Below, one piece after another: positions 18,136-26,178 of a stretch of DNA of 64,000 nucleotides (within the stretch, counting starts at the first letter, position 1; each line of letters begins with the position of its first letter). The notes under the pieces were generated by a model that ran no database searches, was not told the origin of the DNA, and saw nothing but the letters and a program-made list of their open reading frames with translations. Source of the stretch: Vulcanimicrobiota bacterium (GTDB lineage: Bacteria > Vulcanimicrobiota > Xenobia > Xenobiales > JADMJV01); assembly GCA_050250895.1 (NCBI GenBank), contig JBFWNU010000003.1:395302-459301 (forward strand). Reading direction: 5' to 3'. Both the position numbers and the translations under genes were made by a program.

Positions 18136-19119
18136 TCAGTCTACGGGTTGGGCGAGAAAAATGTCTGAAAGCTGATGGGCCAGTCGGCGGATGCGTCCAG
18201 GGGGGTAGTCTTCTTCTCGCACCCGGGCCAGCCAGGCTTTGGGAATGGCTGCCTCCCCCAGCAACGCTCCCGCGATGGACCCGGCCATGGCCGCGATGGT
18301 GTCGGTGTCGCCCCCGGCAAAGATGGCGGCCTCCACCACCCGCTCGAATTCGTGAGGATGGCTAAGAAAGCAGTAGATGGCCATGGGAACCGCCTCGAGC
18401 GCCGCTACCCCCGTGCCCAGGCGAGAGGCCATGGCCGGCAGCTCGAGCTGGCGGTCGAGGCCGTCCCGGAGCTGTTCGAGCCGGTCCAGGTAGGCGTCGG
18501 CCCGAAGATGCTCGAGAGTCCGCTCCAGCGAGAGCAAGAAGGCGTCGCGGTCCAAGGGTGGCTGCATTCGCAGGGCGGTGGCCACGGCCGCCGCCTGCAG
18601 GGTCGAACCGGCCACCGCCAGCGGATGCGAATGGGTGACCGTCGAAGCCAGGCGAGCTACCTGCACCAGGCGTTGGGGTTGGCGATGGAAGGCCAATCCG
18701 ATGGGGGCCACCCGCATGGCCGAGCCGTTGCCGTAGGAGCCGCCCGGAAACATCAAGGTGGACAGGGATTTCCAGTGGTGAGGGCGTTCGGGAAAGGCGC
18801 GCAGGATCCAGGTGACTCCCGAGCCGTAGCGGCGGGCCGGTCGGTAGGCCTCGGAAAATCGTGCCAGCAGGGCCTGGCCGTCGTCGACTTCGCCGGCCAA
18901 CAGCCATTCCGCCACGCACAGGGTCATCTGGGTGTCGTCGGTGTAGCGACCGACGCGCCAGCGACGGCCCAGGATGTCGGGCACCCACTCCGTGGCCAGG
19001 ATGTCGTTCACCTGGCGATAGTGTTTGGCGATGTAGCCTGGCGATTCGGACTCGACCACCGCGCCCAGCATGTCCCCCACCAGGCCTCCCAAGAGGCAAC
19101 CAGAAAAACGATTTCGCAT
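18136..19119 (-). CDS. ADP-ribosylglycohydrolase (DraG/ARH family)
   Basis: GDMLG, YTDDTQMT, SYGNGSAMRVAPIG, GGDTDTIAAMAGSIAGA. Confidence 0.93.
   Translation of the reverse strand: MRNRFSGCLLGGLVGDMLGAVVESESPGYIAKHYRQVNDILATEWVPDILGRRWRVGRYTDDTQMTLCVAEWLLAGEVDDGQALLARFSEAYRPARRYGSGVTWILRAFPERPHHWKSLSTLMFPGGSYGNGSAMRVAPIGLAFHRQPQRLVQVARLASTVTHSHPLAVAGSTLQAAAVATALRMQPPLDRDAFLLSLERTLEHLRADAYLDRLEQLRDGLDRQLELPAMASRLGTGVAALEAVPMAIYCFLSHPHEFERVVEAAIFAGGDTDTIAAMAGSIAGALLGEAAIPKAWLARVREEDYPPGRIRRLAHQLSDIFLAQPVD
18138..18169 (-). promoter_or_regulatory. Direct-repeat + -10 promoter motif, copy 4 (inside the 3' end of the upstream gene)
   Basis: Minus strand TTCAGACATT-TTTCTCG-cccaacccg-TAGACT. Confidence 0.6.
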
Positions 19120-19138
19120 AAGTGTATTTTATACACTT
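19120..19138. promoter_or_regulatory. Palindromic operator, NrtR-like (GT-N7-AC), overlapping the -10 box
   Basis: AAGTGTAT-TTT-ATACACTT, a perfect 8-bp inverted repeat abutting the ATG. Confidence 0.7.
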
Positions 19139-19206
19139 GTCGACAGGATCCCTTCCCGTAAGGATCTACTAAAGGGGGGCCGTGGGTGGGCCTAGAAGAT
19201 GTGGTC

Positions 19207-19428
19207 ATGAGTCTCGCAGTCCTTCTGGTTCTGGCCCTCACCCTGCCCGCCTTCGCTTATCTCGACCCCGGTAGCGGTAGCATGCTGGCTCAGGCGCTGG
19301 CGGCGGGCTTCGCCGGTTTGGGTGTGCTCATCAAGTTCTACTGGGTTCGCATCAAGCGCTTCTTCGGCTTCGGCAAGGCCACCGTGCCTGCGGTCGAGGC
19401 TCAAGAAGAAAGCGGCGCCACGGAATAG
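19207..19428 (+). CDS. Small membrane protein with a YLDPG motif
   Basis: AFAYLDPGSGSMLAQALAAG..FYWVRIKRFF, a type I recall beside sulfatase/phosphodiesterase loci. Confidence 0.7.
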   Translation: MSLAVLLVLALTLPAFAYLDPGSGSMLAQALAAGFAGLGVLIKFYWVRIKRFFGFGKATVPAVEAQEESGATE

Positions 19429-20786
19429 AGAATCCGGCTGGCCAACTCCAGCCGCTCCACGATTTCGAAGCGTTCCCTGAGGGCCTGTTCGAACGGTTCC
19501 ACGTTGTAGTCGTCGTACTGGTCTTCACGATTGGCTAACAGACGCTTCACCATCGAGTCGTCACGAGTGACGAACTCGATGACGGCCGAGGTCTCGAGTT
19601 CGGCCAGCCAGTCGAGCACCGACGCCACCGGCAAGTTGGCGCTGATCACCAGGTGATGCATCAGGGCCAGACACAGGGTCAGTTCGGGCCGGCCGCGTTC
19701 GGCCAGACTTTTGCGTTCGGCCAATCGCCAGCCCTGGTTCGGCGAGGGGTCAGAGAGATCCATGACCAGCGGCAAGACGTTGTCGACTTTCTGCTCGCGC
19801 AGGCGGTGATAGAGTCGGTCGATCACCAGGGGATCGCCGTCCATCGAGACCACCGTGTCCGCCGACTCGGCCGCGAGCAGCGAGTATTGACCCAGGTTGC
19901 AGCCAAGGTCCCAGACCAGCTTCCAGCGCTTGCTGGTGGCCACCTTGCGCACGAACTCGCGCTTTTTCTCTTCATCCTCGTGGCTGTAGTTGTGTCCGGT
20001 CTCGTAGTCTGACCACGTCGAGGTGGCGGCCTTCCATTGCAGGCGCCGCAAGAGCTTGCCCAGCCCCTCGACGTTCTTGGCGATCAACTCCGAGTGAAAG
20101 CCTGCCTCGGCCATCTCCTGGCGCAGGTCTTCCTGCCGTGCTCCCTGAGATTGCTGCAGCGACGAGTGGAGCACCACATGCGTGAACACTCCCGGCACCA
20201 GCAGGTCCTTCCAGCTCAACAGACGCCGGGTGTGCTCGGCCGTAATTCCTTCCAGGCTGCCCCGCAGCCATGGGGCATAAGGCACGTCGCGGCGGGCCTG
20301 CAGCAACAGCGGGTTGAGAAAGTGCTGGCAGAACTGGCGATAACCCTCCCACGGCTCGCCCGGAGCCAGGCGCGCGAAGGTGGGAATGTCGATAAAGATC
20401 GGGCTGACGCCCCTCCACTGCACGTTATAGGCCGAGGCATCCCGCATGATGAAGCCCTGTTTTAGCGCTTTCTGCAGCAACTCGAGCTGCAGCAAGCCGG
20501 CCTGGCGCAGCATGGAAAAGGGCCATTCGTAGGGATACGAGACGAACGGCACCTTCTCGTGCCAGAGCACGCCGGTCGCGCCAGCGGCCGGCTCGGGCCA
20601 CTCGTCCTGGGGCACCAGCCGGGTGTTCACGATCTGGCCGGCCTGCACTGCCTGAGTGTAGAAGTTGGCTTTCTGCAGGGCCTGCCACTCGTCGAGGGCT
20701 ACCTGGTTGAGGGTGCGATAGACCTCACCCCGGTGATAGAACACGCGGCCGCGCCGGTCCCGAAAGGACCCCTGGTCAAAGGTCAT
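19401..20786 (-). CDS. NoeA-like class I SAM-dependent methyltransferase
   Basis: GSFRD..G, FVSYPYEWPFSML, DASAYNVQW, WDLGCNLG, LALMHHL; ATGA overlap with the upstream gene. Confidence 0.85.
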   Translation of the reverse strand: MTFDQGSFRDRRGRVFYHRGEVYRTLNQVALDEWQALQKANFYTQAVQAGQIVNTRLVPQDEWPEPAAGATGVLWHEKVPFVSYPYEWPFSMLRQAGLLQLELLQKALKQGFIMRDASAYNVQWRGVSPIFIDIPTFARLAPGEPWEGYRQFCQHFLNPLLLQARRDVPYAPWLRGSLEGITAEHTRRLLSWKDLLVPGVFTHVVLHSSLQQSQGARQEDLRQEMAEAGFHSELIAKNVEGLGKLLRRLQWKAATSTWSDYETGHNYSHEDEEKKREFVRKVATSKRWKLVWDLGCNLGQYSLLAAESADTVVSMDGDPLVIDRLYHRLREQKVDNVLPLVMDLSDPSPNQGWRLAERKSLAERGRPELTLCLALMHHLVISANLPVASVLDWLAELETSAVIEFVTRDDSMVKRLLANREDQYDDYNVEPFEQALRERFEIVERLELASRILYSVAPLSS

Positions 20787-23179
20787 GGGTGGGACACTCC
20801 TTCGCCGAAGGTCGGAGCCAGGCTGTAGTGCTCTTTGAGGCTGACCTGACCGGCTTGTTGGCCGATGACGAAAAGCCTGATCCGGGCTGGGTCGGGTAGG
20901 GGACTTGGTCGCGGCAGCTCTTGCGAGAACTCGATGCGGCCGCTGCCCGAAAGCGGCCACGAGGCCAGGTAGCGGCCGTCCCAAAAGAGCACCAGGCGCT
21001 GGGCCTGAGTGACTTCGGCCCAGCCTTTGAGGGTGACCCGCGAGTCATCCACGGTCAGCTCTTCTAACAGCGAAGAACCGAGCTTGGTCACGGAATAGCT
21101 CTGGCCGTCGCTGCTCTTGACCAGACCGTCGGCCAGGGTGTAGCTCTGGTGTTGATAGTCGGGCAGAGGATGGAGCTTGCCGGCCTTGAGCGCGTAGAGC
21201 TGCACCTGGTTGGTGCCGGCTTGGAGCCGTTCAGGGTCGACCATGGCGCTGAAGGCGTTCTCGGCGTTGACGAAGGTGGTGGCGGCGACTTCTCCGTTGA
21301 GTGACACGACCAACGGTGTGCGCGGCTCGAGGCCGTGAACCCAACCGCTGAGGCGGGCCGGCAGTAGCTGGCTGGATTTGTCGACGTTTTCGAGTAGCTC
21401 GGGCAGGCGCATCTCGACCGGTGCCTCGAGGGGTTGCGAGAGCTTGAGTTCTGAGTTGGCGTGACCCACCAGGGGCAGCAGTGGACCGATGGCATAGAGT
21501 CCTTCAAGTCCCGGCTCAGGAAAGAGCTGGCGGGCTCGCCGGGTGCGCTCTTGATAGCCCTGGACCCAGTTGGTGATGCCCACCCAATGGGGGTTGGACG
21601 AATAGATGTGGGCATACATTCGCTTGGGGGTCTCGGCGAACGGTTGGTCCAGCAGCGAGTGCCCCTCTACCGGCCACGGCAGCTCGACACCGAGCAGGCT
21701 GGCGATGGTGGGTAGGATATCCAGCGAGTTGGCATTGGCCTCGGAGATGGCTCCCTGGCTCTGTCGAGGGGCTTTGATGAAGAGCGGCACGAACAGCTCG
21801 TCAATAGCGTTTTCGGGGGTCAGCGAGCGATGGGGTATACCATTCTGAAAGCTGGCTCCGTGGTCGGCCGTGACCACGATGAGCGCCTGGTCGTACAGGC
21901 CGCTCTTTTGCATCTGGTCGAGCATCTCGCCCAACAATTTGTCGACAAAGGCGACCTGCAGCAGGTGACGCTGATAGGCCTGGTGGGCGGCCCACTCGCT
22001 CTGCCAGACGTTGTTGGCAAAGCCTTCACACACCTCGGCCCCGCCGTTGTCATACTGATGTCCATCGGGCAGATAGACGTAGGGATAGTGAGGCAAAAGT
22101 AGATGGATGAAGTGGAGCCGCGGGCGCTCGGAAGGTTCGAGGCCGGCGAGGAAGCGGCGGAAGTCTTGGGAGCGGCCCTCCATCTCGAAGCGGCGATGGA
22201 AGAAGCCCTGCCAGGCGTGCTCGGTCGAGGGGAGCCAGCGGTCGCCGAGTTGGTCGGGCAGGGCGATGTGGCCGTAGATCACCAATGCATCTTCGAGCAA
22301 GGTGCGAAAGCGCTCGCCGAACTTCTGCTTGGCGTTCACGGTTTGCCCCTGAGGGCTCATCATGGTGATGTACTCGCTCACCCACAGCTCGTAAGAGCCG
22401 CCCAGCCAGGTGAAAAGATTCTTGGGATGTTGGACCAAGAACGGCCCCAGGTTGGGCTGAGGAGGCTGGCCGGTCAAGATGGCAGGAATGGCCAGGGTGG
22501 TATCATCGCACACCCCCGAAGCGTAGCGATACCAGGTGGATTGAGAGGCTAGCCGGGCGAAGTTGGGAAAGCGCTTTTTGTCGATGCCGCCCTGCGCGTC
22601 GAGCAAGGAGGTGATGGGAAACTCGTCGAGGGTGACAAACACGATCGGCGTCGTGCTTGCGATCGGAGCGGCCAGCGCACCGGCGTTGATGCGGCGAAAG
22701 ACGATGTTGCTGGCCGAGCCGAAGAACAGAAAGTTGATGGGAAACCAGAGGCAAACGATGGCCAGAATCGATAGAAAGCTGCTGACCACGGGGCTGGTGG
22801 CCACCAGCCATAGACCGAGGGCGGTCAGGGCCAGGCTCACCAGCAAGGCGGGGAGGGTGTGGGTGAGGTGCATCAGCCGGGCCAACTGCGGCCCCAGGCA
22901 GAGCAACAGGCCACCTAGCAGAAGGAGGTGGACGAACCAGTGGATCTTCTCGCCGGCTTTATAGGCAGCCGCCTCGACCAGGGCCAGCACGCCCGGGAGG
23001 AGCAGGCACAGCACCAGCGTCAGGCCGATGATATCGGCCGGTTCTGACGGACGGGCCAGAAAGAATTGAGGCTGGCGCGAGAAAGTGTCGAACAGGGGTT
23101 GGGCCACCACCAGTGTCCACAGCGCGCCGATATGTAGGACGCTGGTGCCTAGCGTCAGCCTCTGCGTGTCAGAACTCAA
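20783..23179 (-). CDS. Membrane-anchored sulfatase/alkaline-phosphatase superfamily transferase
   Basis: About 5 N-terminal TM helices; LDEFP, HLLLPHYPY, VVTADHG, VPLFIK, DILPTI. Confidence 0.85.
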   Translation of the reverse strand: MSSDTQRLTLGTSVLHIGALWTLVVAQPLFDTFSRQPQFFLARPSEPADIIGLTLVLCLLLPGVLALVEAAAYKAGEKIHWFVHLLLLGGLLLCLGPQLARLMHLTHTLPALLVSLALTALGLWLVATSPVVSSFLSILAIVCLWFPINFLFFGSASNIVFRRINAGALAAPIASTTPIVFVTLDEFPITSLLDAQGGIDKKRFPNFARLASQSTWYRYASGVCDDTTLAIPAILTGQPPQPNLGPFLVQHPKNLFTWLGGSYELWVSEYITMMSPQGQTVNAKQKFGERFRTLLEDALVIYGHIALPDQLGDRWLPSTEHAWQGFFHRRFEMEGRSQDFRRFLAGLEPSERPRLHFIHLLLPHYPYVYLPDGHQYDNGGAEVCEGFANNVWQSEWAAHQAYQRHLLQVAFVDKLLGEMLDQMQKSGLYDQALIVVTADHGASFQNGIPHRSLTPENAIDELFVPLFIKAPRQSQGAISEANANSLDILPTIASLLGVELPWPVEGHSLLDQPFAETPKRMYAHIYSSNPHWVGITNWVQGYQERTRRARQLFPEPGLEGLYAIGPLLPLVGHANSELKLSQPLEAPVEMRLPELLENVDKSSQLLPARLSGWVHGLEPRTPLVVSLNGEVAATTFVNAENAFSAMVDPERLQAGTNQVQLYALKAGKLHPLPDYQHQSYTLADGLVKSSDGQSYSVTKLGSSLLEELTVDDSRVTLKGWAEVTQAQRLVLFWDGRYLASWPLSGSGRIEFSQELPRPSPLPDPARIRLFVIGQQAGQVSLKEHYSLAPTFGEGVSHP

Positions 23180-23473
23180 ACCCTGGCGACCTCTCCTTGC
23201 TCAACCGCATTCCCGTCAGGCCGCGAGCGACCCTGCCCGGGAAGATACGTTGTCCTGAAGGCGACGGTTCGGTCATGCGAACCAGAGATGTTGTGGTGAT
23301 GCTGAGCGCAGTGGCGGTCCTGGCTCAGTTTCGACCCACTACCGAGTCAACCCCGCCACCGCAGCCACTGCCGCCACCATCGGTGGCGGTTTCGCCTCCC
23401 GAGCCTCGGCCCGACCCGCCCCCTCGGGTGGTGACGGGCCCAGACCCCGACGAGGAGAACGTCACCTGGGTAG

Positions 23474-24151
23474 TCAGTCGCCAGGCGCCCGCAACACCTT
23501 GCGAATCGCCCAGTTCCATTCCGTCTCTCGATGCAGGGCCCGAAACTCCGGCTCGCCCGTGAACGAAAAATTGTCGACGGTGGTCTGACCGAAGCCGCGG
23601 TGCAGATTGAGGCGATTGCCCACATAGATGCCCACATGATTGGCTCCGGTTTGGTTGTGCTTCCAGATCACCACGTCGCCCTTGCGGATATCGTCGACAT
23701 CGACCTTCTTCCAGCCTTTGCCCTGAAGGGTTCCCTCCAGACCGACGACGGTATCGTGAATACCGGTCTTGACTCCACCCTTTCTGAGAATGGCGCTGGC
23801 CACGCGGGCGCAAGAGTTATAGCCGGGGTAGTTGCCTTTGCGGGTGCCGTCGGTCCAGGTCTGATCGCCGAAGACATGGGCTCGCCCGTCCTTATAAGTC
23901 ACGCTGCTGGGAGCATCCAGGGCGGCCCGATAGACGCGGTCGCTCAGGGTGTTCTTCGAGCCGAACCCCAGAAAGCCGGCCGCCTCCACCTCGTGGTCGA
24001 GAAATCTGCCGACCAGGTTGGTGGCGTCGGCTCGCCGAGGCGATTGACTCTGGGCGGGGGTGTAGTGGGCCAGGCGTAGCTGGGGCAGGCCTGGCTGGGC
24101 CGGGCTGTCGGTTTGGATGAGAGGGGCATTGGTGACAGCTCGTATGGACAT
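23474..24151 (-). CDS. NlpC/P60 (CHAP-like) putative peptidoglycan amidase
   Basis: YNSCARVASAIL (catalytic Cys) ... KGDVVIW ... HVGIYVG (His); RBS AGGAGG. Confidence 0.75.
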   Translation of the reverse strand: MSIRAVTNAPLIQTDSPAQPGLPQLRLAHYTPAQSQSPRRADATNLVGRFLDHEVEAAGFLGFGSKNTLSDRVYRAALDAPSSVTYKDGRAHVFGDQTWTDGTRKGNYPGYNSCARVASAILRKGGVKTGIHDTVVGLEGTLQGKGWKKVDVDDIRKGDVVIWKHNQTGANHVGIYVGNRLNLHRGFGQTTVDNFSFTGEPEFRALHRETEWNWAIRKVLRAPGD

Positions 24152-24343
24152 AGACTCCTCCTGATCCCACTGTAACCTGGGAAGTTTGTAAGGAAGTTTG
24201 GACCGCCCACCGTTCAGTTTGCCGCGCTGTTACCAGGCGGTCACTTTGGTGACTCGGGTCACCTTGAGGTCGTGCCGCTCCTCACTGAGGTTGGGGCTCA
24301 GGCTCGCTATGCTGGACACATCGAAACACACCAGGAGGAACCG

Positions 24344-24577
24344 ATGCCCATCCAATCTACCCGTCAGCCTCAACCCCAGTCCACGGCCTGGGAAAGATTC
24401 AAGCGCGCCATGCTGGGTGAACAGACTGAGGCCGAGAAAGCCGCGGCGGCCCGTGTTCGTAGCCGTTTCAAAGGGGGAGACGCGGATGACTTGCAAGACG
24501 AGTATACCCGCGTCGATCGCTTCGAGCGCTCTCGGCCACCGGAGCCACTGATCCCCCGACCCGGACAGGATCACTAA
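24344..24577 (+). CDS. Small hypothetical protein
   Basis: RBS AGGAGG before ATG; followed by an intrinsic terminator. Confidence 0.6.
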   Translation: MPIQSTRQPQPQSTAWERFKRAMLGEQTEAEKAAAARVRSRFKGGDADDLQDEYTRVDRFERSRPPEPLIPRPGQDH

Positions 24578-24584
24578 CCCTCAG

Positions 24585-24608
24585 CGCCTCGACGAGAGGC
24601 GTTTTTTT
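24585..24608 (+). terminator. Rho-independent terminator
   Basis: CGCCTC-gacga-GAGGCG-TTTTTTT. Confidence 0.75.
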
Positions 24609-24611
24609 AAC

Positions 24612-25376
24612 TTACTTTTGGCCGGCGACCAGTTCCCGGGCGGCCTCGCGCAGGTCGGCCAGACCGTTGTCGAGATAGCTGGCATCTTCGGTTTCGAAGG
24701 CCCGGAGCATCTTGGCGAGAGCCTGCAAGCTGGCTTCGAAGGCGGCCAGACAGCGCAGGCGCAACTGGAAAGTGGCCGGGTCTTCGGTGTGAAAGTCGTG
24801 ATAGCGGTCGCGTTGGCGTTCCAGCGAGTCTCTCACCGACTCGACTGTCTTCTCGAAGGCTTCTCGTCCGCTGCCCTGGCGCCAACGCTCCAGGGCCGTG
24901 GCCACGCGAACGAAGTCCTCGGTGAGCAACTCGGGCTCGGGGGGCGCGCTCTCGCTCAGGCTGACCGTAGACTGGCGGGGGGCGTGCCAGCTGGGTAGCT
25001 GCACCGAACACGAGCCGCAACGGGGCGAGCCCACCGGGTTGGGTTGGGCGCAGCGCGGGCATAGGGCTTTGGCCACTTCTTCCAGGCTGTGCTGGGCCTC
25101 GACCATTTGGGCTACGGCCGCCTCGATGCGAGCCAGGCCGGGGGCGGGCTGCTCGAGGTGATCGGCCAGCCACTCGAGCGCTTCCAGGTGTTCGTCGAAG
25201 GCCTCCACCAGCTGATCACAGCCGGGCTCGTCGTCGGCGCTGGCTTCGAGTTCTTGCAGGTAGCCGGTGACGATATCGGCCACCTCTTCCAGTGTCGCCA
25301 ACAGGTGCTCGGCTTCGATCTCACCGGCCTGATAGGCTGCGAAGGCCTGGCGCAGCAGCTCCAGGGTCGGGGTCAC
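24612..25376 (-). CDS. Acidic helical protein with a central zinc ribbon
   Basis: CPRCAQPNPVGSPRCGSC. Confidence 0.7.
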   Translation of the reverse strand: MTPTLELLRQAFAAYQAGEIEAEHLLATLEEVADIVTGYLQELEASADDEPGCDQLVEAFDEHLEALEWLADHLEQPAPGLARIEAAVAQMVEAQHSLEEVAKALCPRCAQPNPVGSPRCGSCSVQLPSWHAPRQSTVSLSESAPPEPELLTEDFVRVATALERWRQGSGREAFEKTVESVRDSLERQRDRYHDFHTEDPATFQLRLRCLAAFEASLQALAKMLRAFETEDASYLDNGLADLREAARELVAGQK

Positions 25377-25378
25377 GT

Positions 25379-25939
25379 CTACAATCCCGAAGGCCGGCCG
25401 GCACGGTTGGCGGCTTCGTGGGCGGTGCGATAATCGGTGTGGAATAGCGCCTCGAAGCGAGCCTCGAAATACTCATGCCCGAGCAACTGCAGATCGCCCG
25501 GGCCGTGGGCACCCTGTTGCAGCCGTGACCAGGCGTTGGCGATCTGCGGGTCGGCGTCGAATCGGCGCTGGCCGTCATCGAGTTGATGGGTGTTGTAGAA
25601 AAGGTGGGCTTTGATGCGGGCTACTTGCTGAGGCGAAAAGGGGGTGTTGGCCGCGATCAGCTCGACATCCCCCGAGGTCGTGCGCACGCGCTCATAGTAG
25701 CCCTCGGCCCGGTCCCACGAGTCGACGGCCGTCGGCTCGAGTTCTCGAGCCAGCACCGCGCCGATCGGTCCGGGGATGGCGCCAGCCACCAGGCCGGGGT
25801 TGAGGTTGGCCGGCCGGACTTGAGGCCGGGCTTGAAGCTCCACCGAATCCACCGGGGCATAGGGCTCGGCGGCGCTAGGAGTCGAGGCCCTGCGAGCAAC
25901 AAGAGGGACGGGTCGCCAGCCTATTCCGATGGGCTTCAT
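25379..25939 (-). CDS. Putative toxin with an HExxE..H polymorphic-toxin-type C-terminal domain
   Basis: YYERVR..DV..IAANT..RIKAHLF..H.L..RFDADPQIANAW.RL..G..D..LL.HEYFE.RFE..F.TDYRTAH; leader contains VDSVEL. Confidence 0.65.
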   Translation of the reverse strand: MKPIGIGWRPVPLVARRASTPSAAEPYAPVDSVELQARPQVRPANLNPGLVAGAIPGPIGAVLARELEPTAVDSWDRAEGYYERVRTTSGDVELIAANTPFSPQQVARIKAHLFYNTHQLDDGQRRFDADPQIANAWSRLQQGAHGPGDLQLLGHEYFEARFEALFHTDYRTAHEAANRAGRPSGL

Positions 25940-25945
25940 GCCCTC

Positions 25946-25977
25946 AGTCTGGCAGATCGGTCTTAAAGATACCTATC
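25946..25977 (-). promoter_or_regulatory. Direct-repeat + -10 promoter motif, copy 5 (leaderless; first box degenerate)
   Basis: Minus strand GATAGGTATC-TTTAAGA-ccgatctgc-CAGACT-gagggc-ATG. Confidence 0.55.
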
Positions 25978-26176
25978 CCGTGCCGAGGGTCGCTTCCAGA
26001 GTGGTCTGGCGCTCGTCGAGTTCCTCGAGCAAGCAGCGTAAATAGTGCAGGTCGTTGAGGTGGTCGGCCTGCTCGTCCTCGTCCTCGGTGGCTTGCAGCG
26101 CCGCCTCGAGTTTCTCGATGTGGACTTTGACCGACAAGACCAAGAAATGGAGAGCTTTGGACGAGAAGGGTTTCAT
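25973..26176 (-). CDS. Small acidic helical protein, putative immunity protein
   Basis: SSKALHFLV...EDEDEQADHLNDLHYL..LLEEL; RBS AGGAG. Confidence 0.6.
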   Translation of the reverse strand: MKPFSSKALHFLVLSVKVHIEKLEAALQATEDEDEQADHLNDLHYLRCLLEELDERQTTLEATLGTG

Positions 26177-26178
26177 GG

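Noticed and set aside
23275-23562. Pro-rich plus-strand ORF
   Set aside because: It overlaps the amidase gene by ~90 bp and has no recognisable motif or clear RBS.
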